64,000 nt of DNA from an uncultured Chloroflexia bacterium. Lineage in GTDB: Bacteria > Chloroflexota > Anaerolineae > CG2-30-64-16. Below, in pieces: positions 47,164-57,838 of the stretch. Location of the stretch: contig CAVZDU010000003.1 of assembly GCA_963774265.1 (NCBI GenBank), positions 320,001 through 384,000 of the forward strand, in the 5' to 3' direction. Numbering within the stretch: position 1 is the stretch's first letter; every line of letters begins with the position of its first letter. A program made the translations under genes and the position numbers. The notes below the pieces were generated by a model, which worked only from the letters and a program-made list of their open reading frames with translations, was not told the origin of the DNA and searched no databases.

Positions 47164-47268
47164 ATATACGACGGTTCTCCTGCGCACCACGTTCGCGGCG
47201 CGCGTTTGCTGATGAGCACCTGCCCACGATGGACGGGCTCAGTCGGATTCGGGCAAGAGTCCAGGAAT

Positions 47269-47616
47269 TCACAACTCGATCAGGCGTTGGCAGTTCATGC
47301 ACAGGTTGGCTTCGGGAACGGCCTTGAGACGCGCGAAATCAATCTCGTCGTTGCACCGTTCGCACCTGCCATAGCTGTTTTCGGCAATTCGTTGGAGCGC
47401 GCTTTCCACATCCGCCAGGGAGCGCTCGTGTACCCGTCGCAATGAGATGGTGGTCGCCTGATCAAACGCCGCGGTAGCATCTTCCGCCATGTGATTTCCG
47501 AGTCCTACCGAGGCTTCCTGGGCCGCGTCTTCCAATCCGATAAGTTGTTGCTTGAGAGAGGCCTGCTGTTCCAGGAGATAACCGCGCAGGCGCTCAATTC
47601 TTTCCGTTGACAACAT
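47269..47616 (-). CDS. TraR/DksA C4 zinc-finger protein
   Basis: GNHMAE, ALQRI..SYGRCERC, RLKAVP...CMNC. Confidence 0.9.
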   Translation of the reverse strand: MLSTERIERLRGYLLEQQASLKQQLIGLEDAAQEASVGLGNHMAEDATAAFDQATTISLRRVHERSLADVESALQRIAENSYGRCERCNDEIDFARLKAVPEANLCMNCQRLIEL

Positions 47617-47720
47617 GGGCTGTCCTTGCAGGAGTATCGTGCTACTCCATGATAGACGGCAATTCGGCTGGCATTACTGCCCGAGCGCGTATTCTAGCTT
47701 GAAGCGGGCGAAAGAGCAAA

Positions 47721-47755
47721 GACGCGAATGTCTCTGCGTCCGGGCATTCGCGTCC
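47721..47755 (-). terminator. Hairpin/terminator after ileS
   Basis: gacgcgaatg...cattcgcgtc followed on the minus strand by tttgctcttt. Confidence 0.6.
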
Positions 47756-47769
47756 CGATGGACCGAAGC

Positions 47770-50700
47770 TTAAGCCTTTCGCACTCCTATCATCACGTCC
47801 TCGCCATCAAGTTTCAGGCTCACAGTGAACGCCCCTGCCGCCGGCGCGCCCTGGGTGAGGCGCGCCGAGAGCGTCTCACGCGCGATCTCTTCGCCGAATT
47901 CGGCCCACATGGGCGAGAGGGCGGGACCCGATTGCACTGTCGTGTGGATCCGGTCGCTGATCTCGAAGCCCGACTTCTTGCGTAGCTCCTGGATGTTGCG
48001 GACGACCTCGCGAGCGATGCCTTCCCAGCGCAACATGTCGGTCAGCTCCGTGGTCACTGCGACCAGGCAGCCGGCATCCTCGGCAACTGCCAGGCCGGGC
48101 TTCGGCTGCTTGCGCACCTGTACCTCGTCCGGCAGCACCTGGATCGTCTCCCCATCGACCCTTACCGCCACGGGTTGCCCCCCCTCCAAGGCGTGGGCAA
48201 CGGTCAGCGGATCAAGTTCCAGCAGGGCAGCCTTGATCGCCGGGAATTTGCGGCCATGCTTCTGACCGAGCTGTTTGGGCAAGGGGTGGATCTGGACGTC
48301 GACCAGCTCGCTGCCCGCGGCGACCGTGTGCAGCGCCTTCACGTTTAGTTCCTCTTTGATGACTTCGTCGGCCAGCCGCATCACTGCCTCGGCATCGCCC
48401 TTGGCCGGCACGCCGACGAAAGCCTCGGCCAGGGGTTGGCGAAGCTTGAGAGACGCACTCTCGCGCGCCGCTCGACCCAGGCCTACGACCTTCTGCGCGA
48501 GCGCCATGTCGGCGAGGAGCTGCCCGTCCTCATGCAGCGGGTTCGGCTCGGGCCACCGGCTCAGATGCACGCTGATGGCCGCTTGACGCTCCTGAAGGCA
48601 CATGCCGCCGCCCACCAGGTTGCAGTACATCTCATCCGCCAGGAACGGCGTGGAAGGCGCAAGCAGGTGCGAAAGGGTGACCAATACTTCGTACATGGTC
48701 TGGTGCGCGGCCAGGCTCAGGCGCTGGCTACGGGCATCCGCCTCCACGTTCCAGAAGCGCCGCCGGCTGAGGCGCACGTACCAGGTGCTCAGCTCATCGA
48801 CGAAGTCCTGGATCGGCCGCGTGGCCCCCGTGACATCATACGTCTCCAGCGCCTGTGTCACGGTTGTGACCAGGTCGTGCAGCTTGGCGAGCACCCAACG
48901 ATCGAGCACTGACCGCTCGGCCAGCGGCAGGGGCTTTGTGGCCGGGTCGAAGTTGTTCAGATTGGCATAGGTTACGAAGAAGCTGTAGCTGTTCCACAGC
49001 GGGAGAATGAATCGGCCAACCACCTCTTTGACCAGGTTCGCGCTGAAGCGGCGGGTGTTGCCGGCGGGGCTGGCAGTGTACATGTACCAGCGCGTGGCGT
49101 CTGCGCCGTGCAGGTCGAACACGGTCCACGGGTTGATCACGTTGCCGCGGCTCTTCGACATCTTGCTGCCATCTTCGGCGACGATATGCCCCAGGCAGAT
49201 GACGTTCTTGAACGAAGGCGTGCCGAACAGCAGCGTGCTCACGGCATGAAGAGTATAGAACCAACCGCGCGTCTGGTCGATGGCCTCGCAGATGTAATCC
49301 GCGGGGAATTGCTCGGCAAAGACTTCGCGGTTCTCGAAGGGGTAGTGCCACTGGGCGACAGGCATGGAGCCGGAGTCGAACCAGGCGTCGGCCACCTCGC
49401 GCACGCGGCGCAGCGTGCCTTCACCGCATTTCTCGCATTTCCAGGTCAGTTCATCCACCGCAGGCCGGTGCAGATCCAGCGGCTCCACGTCTTCCTGGGC
49501 CGGGTCGGGCCAGCGGTCAAGTTGTTGGGCCAGGTAGCGCGGGCTCATGAAGCGGCGCCCGGTCTTCAGGCTGAGTTCCGCGACCGACCCGATGCACTCC
49601 TGATGACCGCATTGCGGGTTGTCGCAGATCCAGAACGGCAGCGGGGTGCCCCAGTAGCGCTCGCGCGCGAGTCCCCAGTCGATGTTGTTTTCCAGCCACT
49701 CGCCGAAACGGCCGTCCCGGATGTGCTCAGGAACCCAGTTGATCAGTTGGTTGTTCGCCACCAACTGGTCCTTGAGCGCGGTGGTCTTGATGTACCAGGT
49801 GCTGCGCGCGTAGTAGAGCAGCGGCGTGTCGCAGCGCCAACAGAACGGGTAGGTGTGCTCGTAGATGCCTTGCTTGAACATGAGGCCGCGTTCGGTCAGC
49901 TCGCGCTGGATATACGTGTCGGCCTCCTTGACGAACACCCCGCGCCACGGATCCACTTCATCGATGAAACGGCCGCTGGCATCGATGGTCATCAGGGTCG
50001 GCAGGCCGAACTTGCGGCCCACTTCCATGTCATCCGCGCCGAACGCCGGCGCGATATGGACGAGGCCCGTGCCGTCTTCAGTGCTCACGAAGTCGCCGGG
50101 GATCACGTAGCAGTAATCCTGCGTCACAGGCAGGAAGGTGTAAAGCGGCTTGTAGTGCAGACCCAGCAGTTCTTTGCCCTTGGCTTTGCGCAGGACCTGT
50201 ACATGGTCCGCGTGCGCTTCGAACACCTTGCCCATGAGCGCCTCGGCCAGCCACAGCTTATCATCCCCGTGCTGCACCAGGACATAGTCGATCTTCTCGC
50301 CCACGGCCACCGCGACGTTGCCCGGCAGGGTCCAGGGCGTCGTGGTCCAGACGAGGAGGTAGACACCGGGCTGATCCTTGAGCGGGAACTTGACGAAGAT
50401 GCTCGGGTCTTTCGTTCCTTCCTGGTAACCCAGCGCCAGCTCGTGGCTGCTCAGGGGCGTGCCGCAGCGCGGGCAATAGGGGACGACTTTGTATCCCTGG
50501 TAGATCAGGCCGCGATCCCAGTACTGCTTGAGGATCCACCACAATGACTCGACATAATCATTGGTGAGCGTGCGATAGGCGGTGGGCAGATCGACCCAGT
50601 AACCCATGCGCTCCGTGAGCTTCTCCCAGTCATCCACATAGTCGAAGACACTCTGACGGCATAGCCGGTTGAACTCGGTGACCCCATAGTCTTCAATGGA

Positions 50701-51024
50701 CTTCTTGCCCGTGAAGCCCAGCTTTTTCTCAACCTCAAGCTCGACAGGAAGGCCATGGGTGTCCCAGCCGCCCTTACGCGAGACGTAGTAGCCGCGCATG
50801 GTCCGGTAGCGCGGGAAGATATCCTTGAAGGCACGCGCAAGGACGTGGTGGATGCCTGGGCGGCCATTTGCCGTTGGCGGTCCCTCGTAAAATACATAGC
50901 GCGGCCCATCGCGAGTCTGTTCGATCGTTTGCTTGAAGACGTCTGCCTGCTTCCAGAATGTCAGCACACCTTGCTCCATTTCGGGCAGGTTCACCTGGGG
51001 AGAGACGTCCTTGAATCTGGGCAT
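47770..51024 (-). CDS. ileS: Isoleucyl-tRNA synthetase, type 2 (archaeal/eukaryote-like)
   Basis: FYEGPPTANG, GIHH, GWDTHGLP, WTTTPWT, DQTRGWFY, KMSKS; no C-terminal Zn finger of type 1. Confidence 0.96.
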   Translation of the reverse strand: MPRFKDVSPQVNLPEMEQGVLTFWKQADVFKQTIEQTRDGPRYVFYEGPPTANGRPGIHHVLARAFKDIFPRYRTMRGYYVSRKGGWDTHGLPVELEVEKKLGFTGKKSIEDYGVTEFNRLCRQSVFDYVDDWEKLTERMGYWVDLPTAYRTLTNDYVESLWWILKQYWDRGLIYQGYKVVPYCPRCGTPLSSHELALGYQEGTKDPSIFVKFPLKDQPGVYLLVWTTTPWTLPGNVAVAVGEKIDYVLVQHGDDKLWLAEALMGKVFEAHADHVQVLRKAKGKELLGLHYKPLYTFLPVTQDYCYVIPGDFVSTEDGTGLVHIAPAFGADDMEVGRKFGLPTLMTIDASGRFIDEVDPWRGVFVKEADTYIQRELTERGLMFKQGIYEHTYPFCWRCDTPLLYYARSTWYIKTTALKDQLVANNQLINWVPEHIRDGRFGEWLENNIDWGLARERYWGTPLPFWICDNPQCGHQECIGSVAELSLKTGRRFMSPRYLAQQLDRWPDPAQEDVEPLDLHRPAVDELTWKCEKCGEGTLRRVREVADAWFDSGSMPVAQWHYPFENREVFAEQFPADYICEAIDQTRGWFYTLHAVSTLLFGTPSFKNVICLGHIVAEDGSKMSKSRGNVINPWTVFDLHGADATRWYMYTASPAGNTRRFSANLVKEVVGRFILPLWNSYSFFVTYANLNNFDPATKPLPLAERSVLDRWVLAKLHDLVTTVTQALETYDVTGATRPIQDFVDELSTWYVRLSRRRFWNVEADARSQRLSLAAHQTMYEVLVTLSHLLAPSTPFLADEMYCNLVGGGMCLQERQAAISVHLSRWPEPNPLHEDGQLLADMALAQKVVGLGRAARESASLKLRQPLAEAFVGVPAKGDAEAVMRLADEVIKEELNVKALHTVAAGSELVDVQIHPLPKQLGQKHGRKFPAIKAALLELDPLTVAHALEGGQPVAVRVDGETIQVLPDEVQVRKQPKPGLAVAEDAGCLVAVTTELTDMLRWEGIAREVVRNIQELRKKSGFEISDRIHTTVQSGPALSPMWAEFGEEIARETLSARLTQGAPAAGAFTVSLKLDGEDVMIGVRKA

Positions 51025-51038
51025 AATTCCTCCAACCC

Positions 51039-52070
51039 TCAATTTGCACTCGCCAGCGTCACCATGACAGCCCGATGATCAGATCCCGTAGATGACCTGA
51101 GGGTCTGCGCTTCAACGGTGCGCCAGTGGCGCGAATGAAATATGTAGTCGATGCGAGTTTGGAACAGCAGACCAGCGACTCTGCCCATTCCCCACTCGTC
51201 CGCGGGCCAGGTGAATCCGTAGCCGCGGCCAACGCTCTTGAATGCGTCAACCATGCGCGTGCCCATGCACCGGTACGCGTCGCTGAACTCACCCATGTTA
51301 AAATCGCCGGCAACGATGACCGGGATACTGCCCGAGCCTTGCCCGGACGCCAGCCACTGGTCGATGTACCCGCAGATGGACTCGATCTGCGCCTCGCGCC
51401 CCCTGAAGCCCTCAGTGAGCTGCTCGACCGGCTCGTTATGCGAACGAGTTCCCCCGACGACAGATCTCAGATGGACGCCCACGAACCGCACGACCCCGTG
51501 TGGCGTCGTCACATCTGCCACCGCCGACCGGAGATTTAGTCCGGTTTCCAGGCTTCCCAGTTCTTGCATGGGCCAGCGGCTGTAGATGCTCACGCCGTCT
51601 TTCGCACGCGCCCCCTGCTCCAGGGTGCGATACGGGTAGGCGTCACCGATGGCCGCGGCCAGCGCGGCGTCCTGCCTGGTGGTGAGCTCGGCCAGCGCGA
51701 TGATGTCGGGCTGTTCGGCGGTGATGGCCGCGGCCATCGCACCGACGTCGCGGTTGCTGACCAGCACGTTCAGGGCCATCACCCGCACGGACGGTTGATC
51801 CGGCTCGACCTTGGCGCCTCTCGGAATGAACCGCCACCCGAAGAAGGCCAGCCACAGGACCGCGGGGATCAACGCAGTGACGATCGATACGGGCCGGCGG
51901 TCGATCGCGGCCAACAGCAGCGCGACCGGCGTCAACACGAACGGCGCGGTCGGCAAGCTGTTGAGCAGCGCGAGCACCAGCAGTTGGTCGCCCCACACGG
52001 CGCGGGCCAGCAACCAGACGACGATGGCGGCCGCGTAGAGAACCAGGAGCGCAGGGATCAATCGCTTCAC
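51039..52070 (-). CDS. Membrane-anchored endonuclease/exonuclease/phosphatase (EEP) family protein
   Basis: N-terminal TM helices; ALNV, LAE, GDFN, IDYIF, SDH. Confidence 0.85.
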   Translation of the reverse strand: MKRLIPALLVLYAAAIVVWLLARAVWGDQLLVLALLNSLPTAPFVLTPVALLLAAIDRRPVSIVTALIPAVLWLAFFGWRFIPRGAKVEPDQPSVRVMALNVLVSNRDVGAMAAAITAEQPDIIALAELTTRQDAALAAAIGDAYPYRTLEQGARAKDGVSIYSRWPMQELGSLETGLNLRSAVADVTTPHGVVRFVGVHLRSVVGGTRSHNEPVEQLTEGFRGREAQIESICGYIDQWLASGQGSGSIPVIVAGDFNMGEFSDAYRCMGTRMVDAFKSVGRGYGFTWPADEWGMGRVAGLLFQTRIDYIFHSRHWRTVEAQTLRSSTGSDHRAVMVTLASAN

Positions 52071-52804
52071 CCGACCTCGATGTATATGCGTTTGTTAATG
52101 GCGCCCTTGGACTTATAGTCTGTGACGTGAATCTTCCCGATCTCACGCGTGTTCGCCACATGCGTGCCGCCATCAGCCTGGAGATCCAGTCCGACGAGCT
52201 CGACGGTGCGCACTTCCTTAATGCCCTCGGGCAGGAGGTTGATCTTCGTGCGGATCAGGTCCGGGATTTGAAAGGCCTCCTCGCGAGGCAGGATGCGGAC
52301 GCGCACATCGCGGGCGGCCCGGATCTCCTCATTGCAGCGCGCCTGGATTTCGGCCACGAGCTCGCCGTGCATGGTGGCGAACTCGAAATCCATCCGGCCC
52401 TGGCCGGGGTCCATATTGCCGCCCGTGACCAGCGCGCCGAAGTCCCGGTAGACGACGCCGCACAGGACATGAAGCGCGCTATGCGTCTGCATGAGCTTAT
52501 AACGGCGCTCCCAGTCAATGACGCCGGTCACGGCCGCACCCACTTGCGGCACGACGCCGCTAAGGGTGTGCCAGACCAGGTCACCCTCCTTTTTGACGGC
52601 CGTAACCGGCACGGTGACTTCCGGGGTTTCGGTCCCCGAAAAGACGTGCAAGCGGAGCGCGCCGAGATCGTTGGGCTGGCCGCCGCCACCGGGATAGAAC
52701 GCAGTGCGGTCCAGCGCGACACGGCTGCCCGCCGGATCAACTGCAACGACCTGGGCCTCGAATTCACGGACATAGCTATCGGTTTGGTAGAGAAGATCGG
52801 TCAT
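52067..52804 (-). CDS. AlaX-type free-standing tRNA editing protein (variant Zn site)
   Basis: LYQTDSY, TAFYPGGGGQP, HSALH, LQADGGTHV. Confidence 0.9.
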   Translation of the reverse strand: MTDLLYQTDSYVREFEAQVVAVDPAGSRVALDRTAFYPGGGGQPNDLGALRLHVFSGTETPEVTVPVTAVKKEGDLVWHTLSGVVPQVGAAVTGVIDWERRYKLMQTHSALHVLCGVVYRDFGALVTGGNMDPGQGRMDFEFATMHGELVAEIQARCNEEIRAARDVRVRILPREEAFQIPDLIRTKINLLPEGIKEVRTVELVGLDLQADGGTHVANTREIGKIHVTDYKSKGAINKRIYIEVG

Positions 52805-52819
52805 GCCTGCAATCCTTTA

Positions 52820-53161
52820 AACAAAAACGCCCCCGTCCCTTCCTGGGGACGAGAGCACGGCTCCCGCGATACCACCCCGGTTTAACGATGGAAGATTGAA
52901 AATTGAAGATTGAAGATTGGCCGGTAGGTGCACAATCTTCAATCTTGAATCTCTAATCTGCAATCGTTCTCTCTGTGAGGCGCCAACACGCCTCCGCGCT
53001 GGCTAACGGTGCGCAGGGCCGGCGACGTCTACTTCGCCCACGCCGGGTGAGTGTTTCGGGTCGCAGCTCCGGAAGGATTTTCGGCGCTCTTGTGCGTCCG
53101 GCTCGCATCAACCCGGACTCGCTGGGCCACAAGATGGCCGCCTACTCGTTTCCATCATCGC
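52820..53161 (-). ncRNA. T-box riboswitch with AUC (Ile) specifier
   Basis: Stem I GCGAUGA...AGUA...AGCGA...GAAAAUCCUUCCGGAGC; T-box GGUGGUAUCGCG (52876-52865); terminator CUCGUCCCC-AGGAA-GGGACGGGGGCGUUUUU. Confidence 0.92.
52884..52968. repeat. Inverted heptamer (AAGATTG / CAATCTT) tandem repeat hairpin inside the T-box leader
   Basis: aagattg aaaattg aagattg aagattg ... caatctt caatctt gaatctc taatctg caatc. Confidence 0.85.
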
Positions 53162-53173
53162 CTGTGAGACACT

Positions 53174-53202
53174 AGTCTAGCACAGCGGTGCGGTGGTGTC
53201 AA
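53174..53202 (-). promoter_or_regulatory. Sigma70 promoter of the T-box operon
   Basis: TTGACA-17 nt-TAGACT with extended -10 TG, immediately upstream of stem I. Confidence 0.85.
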
Positions 53203-53232
53203 ATGAATTTCGGGCTTTTCAGTCACTCCCAT

Positions 53233-54309
53233 TCACGACACTGCGCCCAGATCCATCCCCCGTGCCGCCGCGCGTTCCGCGCGCCAATCCGCCTCGGTCA
53301 CGGGCGGGGCCAGGATCTCGTCCTCAGGCCGTCGAACCAGGGCGAGCGCGCCCTCCGGGCATGCCAGCACACAAAGGCCGCAGCCGACGCAGCGGAACGC
53401 GTTCACGATGGCTTTGTCCTCGACCTCCAGCGCCTCGAACTGGCACGCGTCCTCGCATAGCCCGCAACCCTGGCACAGCTCCGCATCGACTGCAGTGACG
53501 AAGGCCGAGCGAGCCACGGCGTTGGCGATGCCAAGCTCTGAGAGGCCGCGCAGCACACCGCACGAGCATGTGCAGCAATTGCATATGTAGGTGAGGCCTT
53601 CTTGGTTGTTGCTAACGCTGTGGACAAGGCCGGCCTCGGCCGCCCGCCGCAGCGTGGCGAAGGCTTCGTCCCTGGTGAGCACCGTCATGCCCGGAACCGT
53701 GTCAAATGCGCCGGGGGTGGTGCTGAACGACAGGCAGACGTCGATCGGATGGTCGCAGGGATCGCCGATCAGCGCCTTCTGCTTGCGGCAAATGCAGTCG
53801 ACCACCGCCCACGCCTGGTTCTCCTCCACGATTTCAGTCGCGCTCTCGTAGGGCCGGATCTCCATGTCGACGCGCACCGCGCGGTCCACCGGAATGACGC
53901 GGTGCACGGACGGGGCGGTGACCATGACCTTGGCGAATGCCGCCTGGTAGTAATCCTCAAAGAGCTGTGCCAGCTCCGAATCGATGGTGGGTCCCTGCAT
54001 CTCGTAGATGCCGACGACGAAGGGCAGCAGTCCGAAGCCCCAGCCGGTGGGGATGCGGCCGGCTTTGATCAGGCCGCGCTTGGCCATGCCGATGAGCTGC
54101 CCCATCAGCTCGCGGCGATCCCGGCCGGTGCGCGCGGCAATTTCGTCCCGCGTCTCGAGAGTCAGCCGCAGCTCCGATGCGAGCGCGGCCTCTTCCGGGG
54201 TGAAGAGCCTGGCCAGCAGGCGCAGCTCAATGCCATCGGGTGTGGGGGGATAGCCGTTGGGGAGCGCGTTGAGGCGCTCGGCGAGGGCGCGGTAGACGGG
54301 GTCAGTCAT
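53233..54309 (-). CDS. 4Fe-4S dicluster protein with an N-terminal helical domain and extra Cys clusters
   Basis: CICR, CDHP..VC, ICNCCTCSC, CQGCGLCEDAC, CVGCGLCVLACP. Confidence 0.85.
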   Translation of the reverse strand: MTDPVYRALAERLNALPNGYPPTPDGIELRLLARLFTPEEAALASELRLTLETRDEIAARTGRDRRELMGQLIGMAKRGLIKAGRIPTGWGFGLLPFVVGIYEMQGPTIDSELAQLFEDYYQAAFAKVMVTAPSVHRVIPVDRAVRVDMEIRPYESATEIVEENQAWAVVDCICRKQKALIGDPCDHPIDVCLSFSTTPGAFDTVPGMTVLTRDEAFATLRRAAEAGLVHSVSNNQEGLTYICNCCTCSCGVLRGLSELGIANAVARSAFVTAVDAELCQGCGLCEDACQFEALEVEDKAIVNAFRCVGCGLCVLACPEGALALVRRPEDEILAPPVTEADWRAERAAARGMDLGAVS

Positions 54310-54426
54310 TGTGGTGCTCCTCCTTGCGGATGCATCGAGGATACAACATGAAGCCCGTTTTGGGAAACCGGGCGCGAGCATGCCTCCGTGCACTGGTGAT
54401 TCAAAGCCTCTGCCTTTCAAACCAGC

Positions 54427-56703
54427 TCACTGCGCACTGAGGTCGAGCCGGCGCAGCAACTGTGCGTTCAGGGCGACCACGATCGTGCTGAGCGACATGA
54501 GCACCGCGCCCACGGCCGGCGACAGCACGATTCCCACCGGAGCGAGGACCCCGGCCGCGAGGGGCAGGGCGATCACATTGTATCCGGTGGCCCACAGAAG
54601 GTTTTGAACCATCTTGCGGTGGCTGGACCGGCTGAGGCCGATGACGCGCACGACATCAAGTGGATTGCTCTGGACCAGGATAATCCCCGCCGATTGCACG
54701 GCCACATCCGTGCCGCTGCCGATGGCGATGCCGACGTCCGCGCGGGTGAGTGCAGGCGCATCGTTGACGCCGTCACCGACCATCGCGACCCGCCGCCCCT
54801 GGCGCTGCAACTCGATGACCTTCTGGTCCTTGTGTTCTGGCAGCACCTCGGCAAAGTAGGTGTCGATGCCCAGATCCTCGGCCACACTGCGGGCAACAGC
54901 TTCAGCATCGCCCGTCAACATGGCCACCTGCACGCCCATGTCGTGCAGCTTGCGCACGGCTGCGCGACTTTCGTCGCGTATCACGTCAGCCAGCGCGAAC
55001 GCGGCGCGCACTTCGGCGCTGCCGTTGGCTTGCTCACCCACGAGGAAAACCGTGGTTTGGCCGCGCGCGTTGGCCATCTCCTCGAATTTGGCGAGCTCGG
55101 GAGGCAGATCCGCAGCCAGGGCTTCCAGCAGACGCGGACCGCCGATCTGCCAGGTCGAGCCGTCGACGATGGCGCGCGCCCCACGTCCTTTGATGGCTTC
55201 GAAGCCGCTCACCGCGGGAAGTGAAAGACCTCGCTCAGACGCGGCCGCGCGGATGCCGCGGGCGATCGTGTGCTCGGAGTCGCCTTCAATAGCGGCAGCC
55301 AGCGCCAATGCCTGGTCTGCGGTCCAGGCGTCGTGCGGTCGTGGCAGCAGCGCCGTTGACTGAGCCGCTTCGTGACTCTGCTCAGAATGCCCCGGCACCG
55401 CGACGCCGACCACGCCAAACTCGCCCTTGGTCAGCGTGCCCGTCTTGTCGAAGATCACGGTGTCGATCTCGCGCGCCCGCTCCAGCGCGAGCCGGTCGGC
55501 CACGAGGATGCCGTTACGCGCACCGAGCGCGGTGGTGATGGATACGACCAGCGGGATCGCTAGCCCCAGCGCATGTGGACATGCGATCACCAGAACGGTC
55601 GCCACGCGAGCAATGACATCCACGTCGAAGCCCTGCGCCACGGTCCAGGCGATAGCGGTAATCATGGCGACACCGATCGCCACGTAGAAGAGCCAGCCGG
55701 CTGCCTTGTCTGCCAGCACCTGCGTGTGCGATTTGCTCGTCTGCGCCTCTTGCACCAGCCGCATGATCCCGGCAAGCGCGGTTTTGTCGCCCGTGGCCGT
55801 CACGCGTACGCGCAGGCTGCCGTCGCCGTTAATAGCGCCTGCGATCACCCGGTCACCGACGGTCTTGCCAACAGGCCGAGACTCGCCGGTGAGCATGGCC
55901 TCGTTCACGTCCGACTCGCCCTCGACCACCTCGCCGTCAGCAGGGATGTTGGCGCCGGGTCGCACGAGCACAATGTCGCCGCCGAGCAGCTCCTCGGCGC
56001 GCACGATTTCCACTGCGCCATGCGGGTTCACCCGCTCCGCGGTGTCCGGCATGAGCCTGGCCAGTGCGTCGAGTGCACCTGACGCCTGGCGCACACTGCG
56101 CATCTCCACCCAGTGGCCCAGGAGCATGATGTCGATGAGGGTCACCAGCTCCCAGAAGAAAGATTCCCGGCCGGGCAGAAACAGGGTGGCCAGCGAGTAG
56201 ACGAACGCGACAGAAATGGCCAGCGAGATGAGCAGCATCATGCCGGGCTGGCGGTTGCGGACCTCAGGCCGGGCCATTTGCAGAAACGGCAGCCCCCCAT
56301 AGAGAAAGATCACCACCGACAGCACAGGCGTGAGCCATGGGCTGCCTGGGAATGCCGGCATGGTGAAGCCGAGCCAGTGCTGGATCATGGGGCTGTAGAG
56401 CAGAACCGGGACGCTCAGCGCCAGGGAGACCCAAAAGCGGCGCCGGAACATCGTTTCGTGGCCGCTGTGGTCGACATGTGTCCTGTGCGCACTGGCAGCC
56501 GTTGGCATCGCATGGTCCGCATGCGCATCGGGGGGAGAGGACACGCTGTGGACCGCGTGCCCGGCTGGGGCTGCCGGCACGGAGTGTGCGGCGGGTCCGG
56601 CCGCGTTCGATGCAATGTGGCTCGCGTGTTGATTCGTCGCCGGCGCGTTATGGCCGGCGTGTCCGGTCTCGGACATTCCTTCATGGCCTTCTTCTGTCAT
56701 CAA
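54427..56703 (-). CDS. copB: Copper-translocating P1B-3 ATPase
   Basis: His-rich N-terminus, [28 protein letters not shown] and MSLS. Confidence 0.93.
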   Translation of the reverse strand: MMTEEGHEGMSETGHAGHNAPATNQHASHIASNAAGPAAHSVPAAPAGHAVHSVSSPPDAHADHAMPTAASAHRTHVDHSGHETMFRRRFWVSLALSVPVLLYSPMIQHWLGFTMPAFPGSPWLTPVLSVVIFLYGGLPFLQMARPEVRNRQPGMMLLISLAISVAFVYSLATLFLPGRESFFWELVTLIDIMLLGHWVEMRSVRQASGALDALARLMPDTAERVNPHGAVEIVRAEELLGGDIVLVRPGANIPADGEVVEGESDVNEAMLTGESRPVGKTVGDRVIAGAINGDGSLRVRVTATGDKTALAGIMRLVQEAQTSKSHTQVLADKAAGWLFYVAIGVAMITAIAWTVAQGFDVDVIARVATVLVIACPHALGLAIPLVVSITTALGARNGILVADRLALERAREIDTVIFDKTGTLTKGEFGVVGVAVPGHSEQSHEAAQSTALLPRPHDAWTADQALALAAAIEGDSEHTIARGIRAAASERGLSLPAVSGFEAIKGRGARAIVDGSTWQIGGPRLLEALAADLPPELAKFEEMANARGQTTVFLVGEQANGSAEVRAAFALADVIRDESRAAVRKLHDMGVQVAMLTGDAEAVARSVAEDLGIDTYFAEVLPEHKDQKVIELQRQGRRVAMVGDGVNDAPALTRADVGIAIGSGTDVAVQSAGIILVQSNPLDVVRVIGLSRSSHRKMVQNLLWATGYNVIALPLAAGVLAPVGIVLSPAVGAVLMSLSTIVVALNAQLLRRLDLSAQ

Positions 56704-57821
56704 ATCCCTCCCACATCACCCCATATCCGGGCCATTTGGCCGCTCATGCGCTTCATTCGTTGGCGCGGGGCGATCAGAGGGCTGATTTCGCGCGTGCCAA
56801 GCCCGATCTTCACGAACAACCAGGGCCATATGAAAATGGCCCAGAACATCGCCAGGCCATAGCGCACGCTTCGCAGGGCCATCCCGAGCGCCGGTGGCTC
56901 CTGTGGGAAGATCAGGCGCAGGCCCATCCAGATCGCGGCCAGGCCAATCACGCCGATCACGTAGCGCAACGCGCGCTGCCACAACGGTCCGGTTACGGCG
57001 AAGCGCACGTAGCGGCTTTCCAACGCCAGGCCGATCCACAGCCCGAATCCCAAGCCTGCAATGATCGCGGCCTCGTCGAGCGTCGTGCGCCATGCCCCGG
57101 GGTAGAGGACGCGATACAACTGCCCCGTGCCGAAGGGGATTTCCAGCAGCAGCACCTCCAGCCCCAGGATGACCGCAGCGGCAACCAGCGCCAGCAGCAG
57201 ATGAAGTCCCAAGGAGAGCTTTTTGAGCCGCTGCACCAGAGACGGCTTGAACCTGGCATAGAGCGCGGCCAGAGCCAGGCCCACTGCTGCGCCCCACAGG
57301 ACGTCACCGGGGAAGTGCACGCCAAGGTAGACCCGCGAAAGCGCTACCAGGAGAATCAGCAAGCCCAGGACCACGATCCACAGCACCCCGCGCCGTCTGT
57401 TCGCCTGAAACCATGCCAGGTAGCCGAACAACGCCCCGCTGCTCTGCGCGTGGCCGCTCGGGGTCGAGAAGCTGCTGGCGTCGCTCAATTGCAGCCTGGC
57501 ATCTTCCCAAAACGGACGGTTGTGTTTGATAAACGACTTGAGCAGGCCATTGGTAAGACTCGACAGCATCAGCAGCACGGCAAAATCGACGCCCAGGCTC
57601 TTGTGGATGCACCAGTAAACCAGCGGGATTGCGATGAGATAGAACTGCTCGTCGCCCAGAAATGTGATGATCCGCATGGGCGCCGTGAGCCAGCCGCCAA
57701 GCGCCTGGAGGCCGATCACGCCGCTCAAGCTCCACAGCCATCCTGCAGCAAGGACCGTGGCGATCAGTGCCACTGGGAGCGCCGCCACGGCGCTGGATTT
57801 CAGGACCAACGTCTTCTTCAT
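56700..57821 (-). CDS. PAP2-family membrane phosphatase
   Basis: [23 protein letters not shown]. Confidence 0.88.
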   Translation of the reverse strand: MKKTLVLKSSAVAALPVALIATVLAAGWLWSLSGVIGLQALGGWLTAPMRIITFLGDEQFYLIAIPLVYWCIHKSLGVDFAVLLMLSSLTNGLLKSFIKHNRPFWEDARLQLSDASSFSTPSGHAQSSGALFGYLAWFQANRRRGVLWIVVLGLLILLVALSRVYLGVHFPGDVLWGAAVGLALAALYARFKPSLVQRLKKLSLGLHLLLALVAAAVILGLEVLLLEIPFGTGQLYRVLYPGAWRTTLDEAAIIAGLGFGLWIGLALESRYVRFAVTGPLWQRALRYVIGVIGLAAIWMGLRLIFPQEPPALGMALRSVRYGLAMFWAIFIWPWLFVKIGLGTREISPLIAPRQRMKRMSGQMARIWGDVGGI

Positions 57822-57838
57822 GGGGCCTCCTTCTATTC

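Noticed and set aside
55340-55392. CTGAGC...GCTCAG palindrome in a CopB loop as another in-frame REP
   Set aside because: Only a 6-bp stem, too weak to distinguish from chance without a genome-wide search
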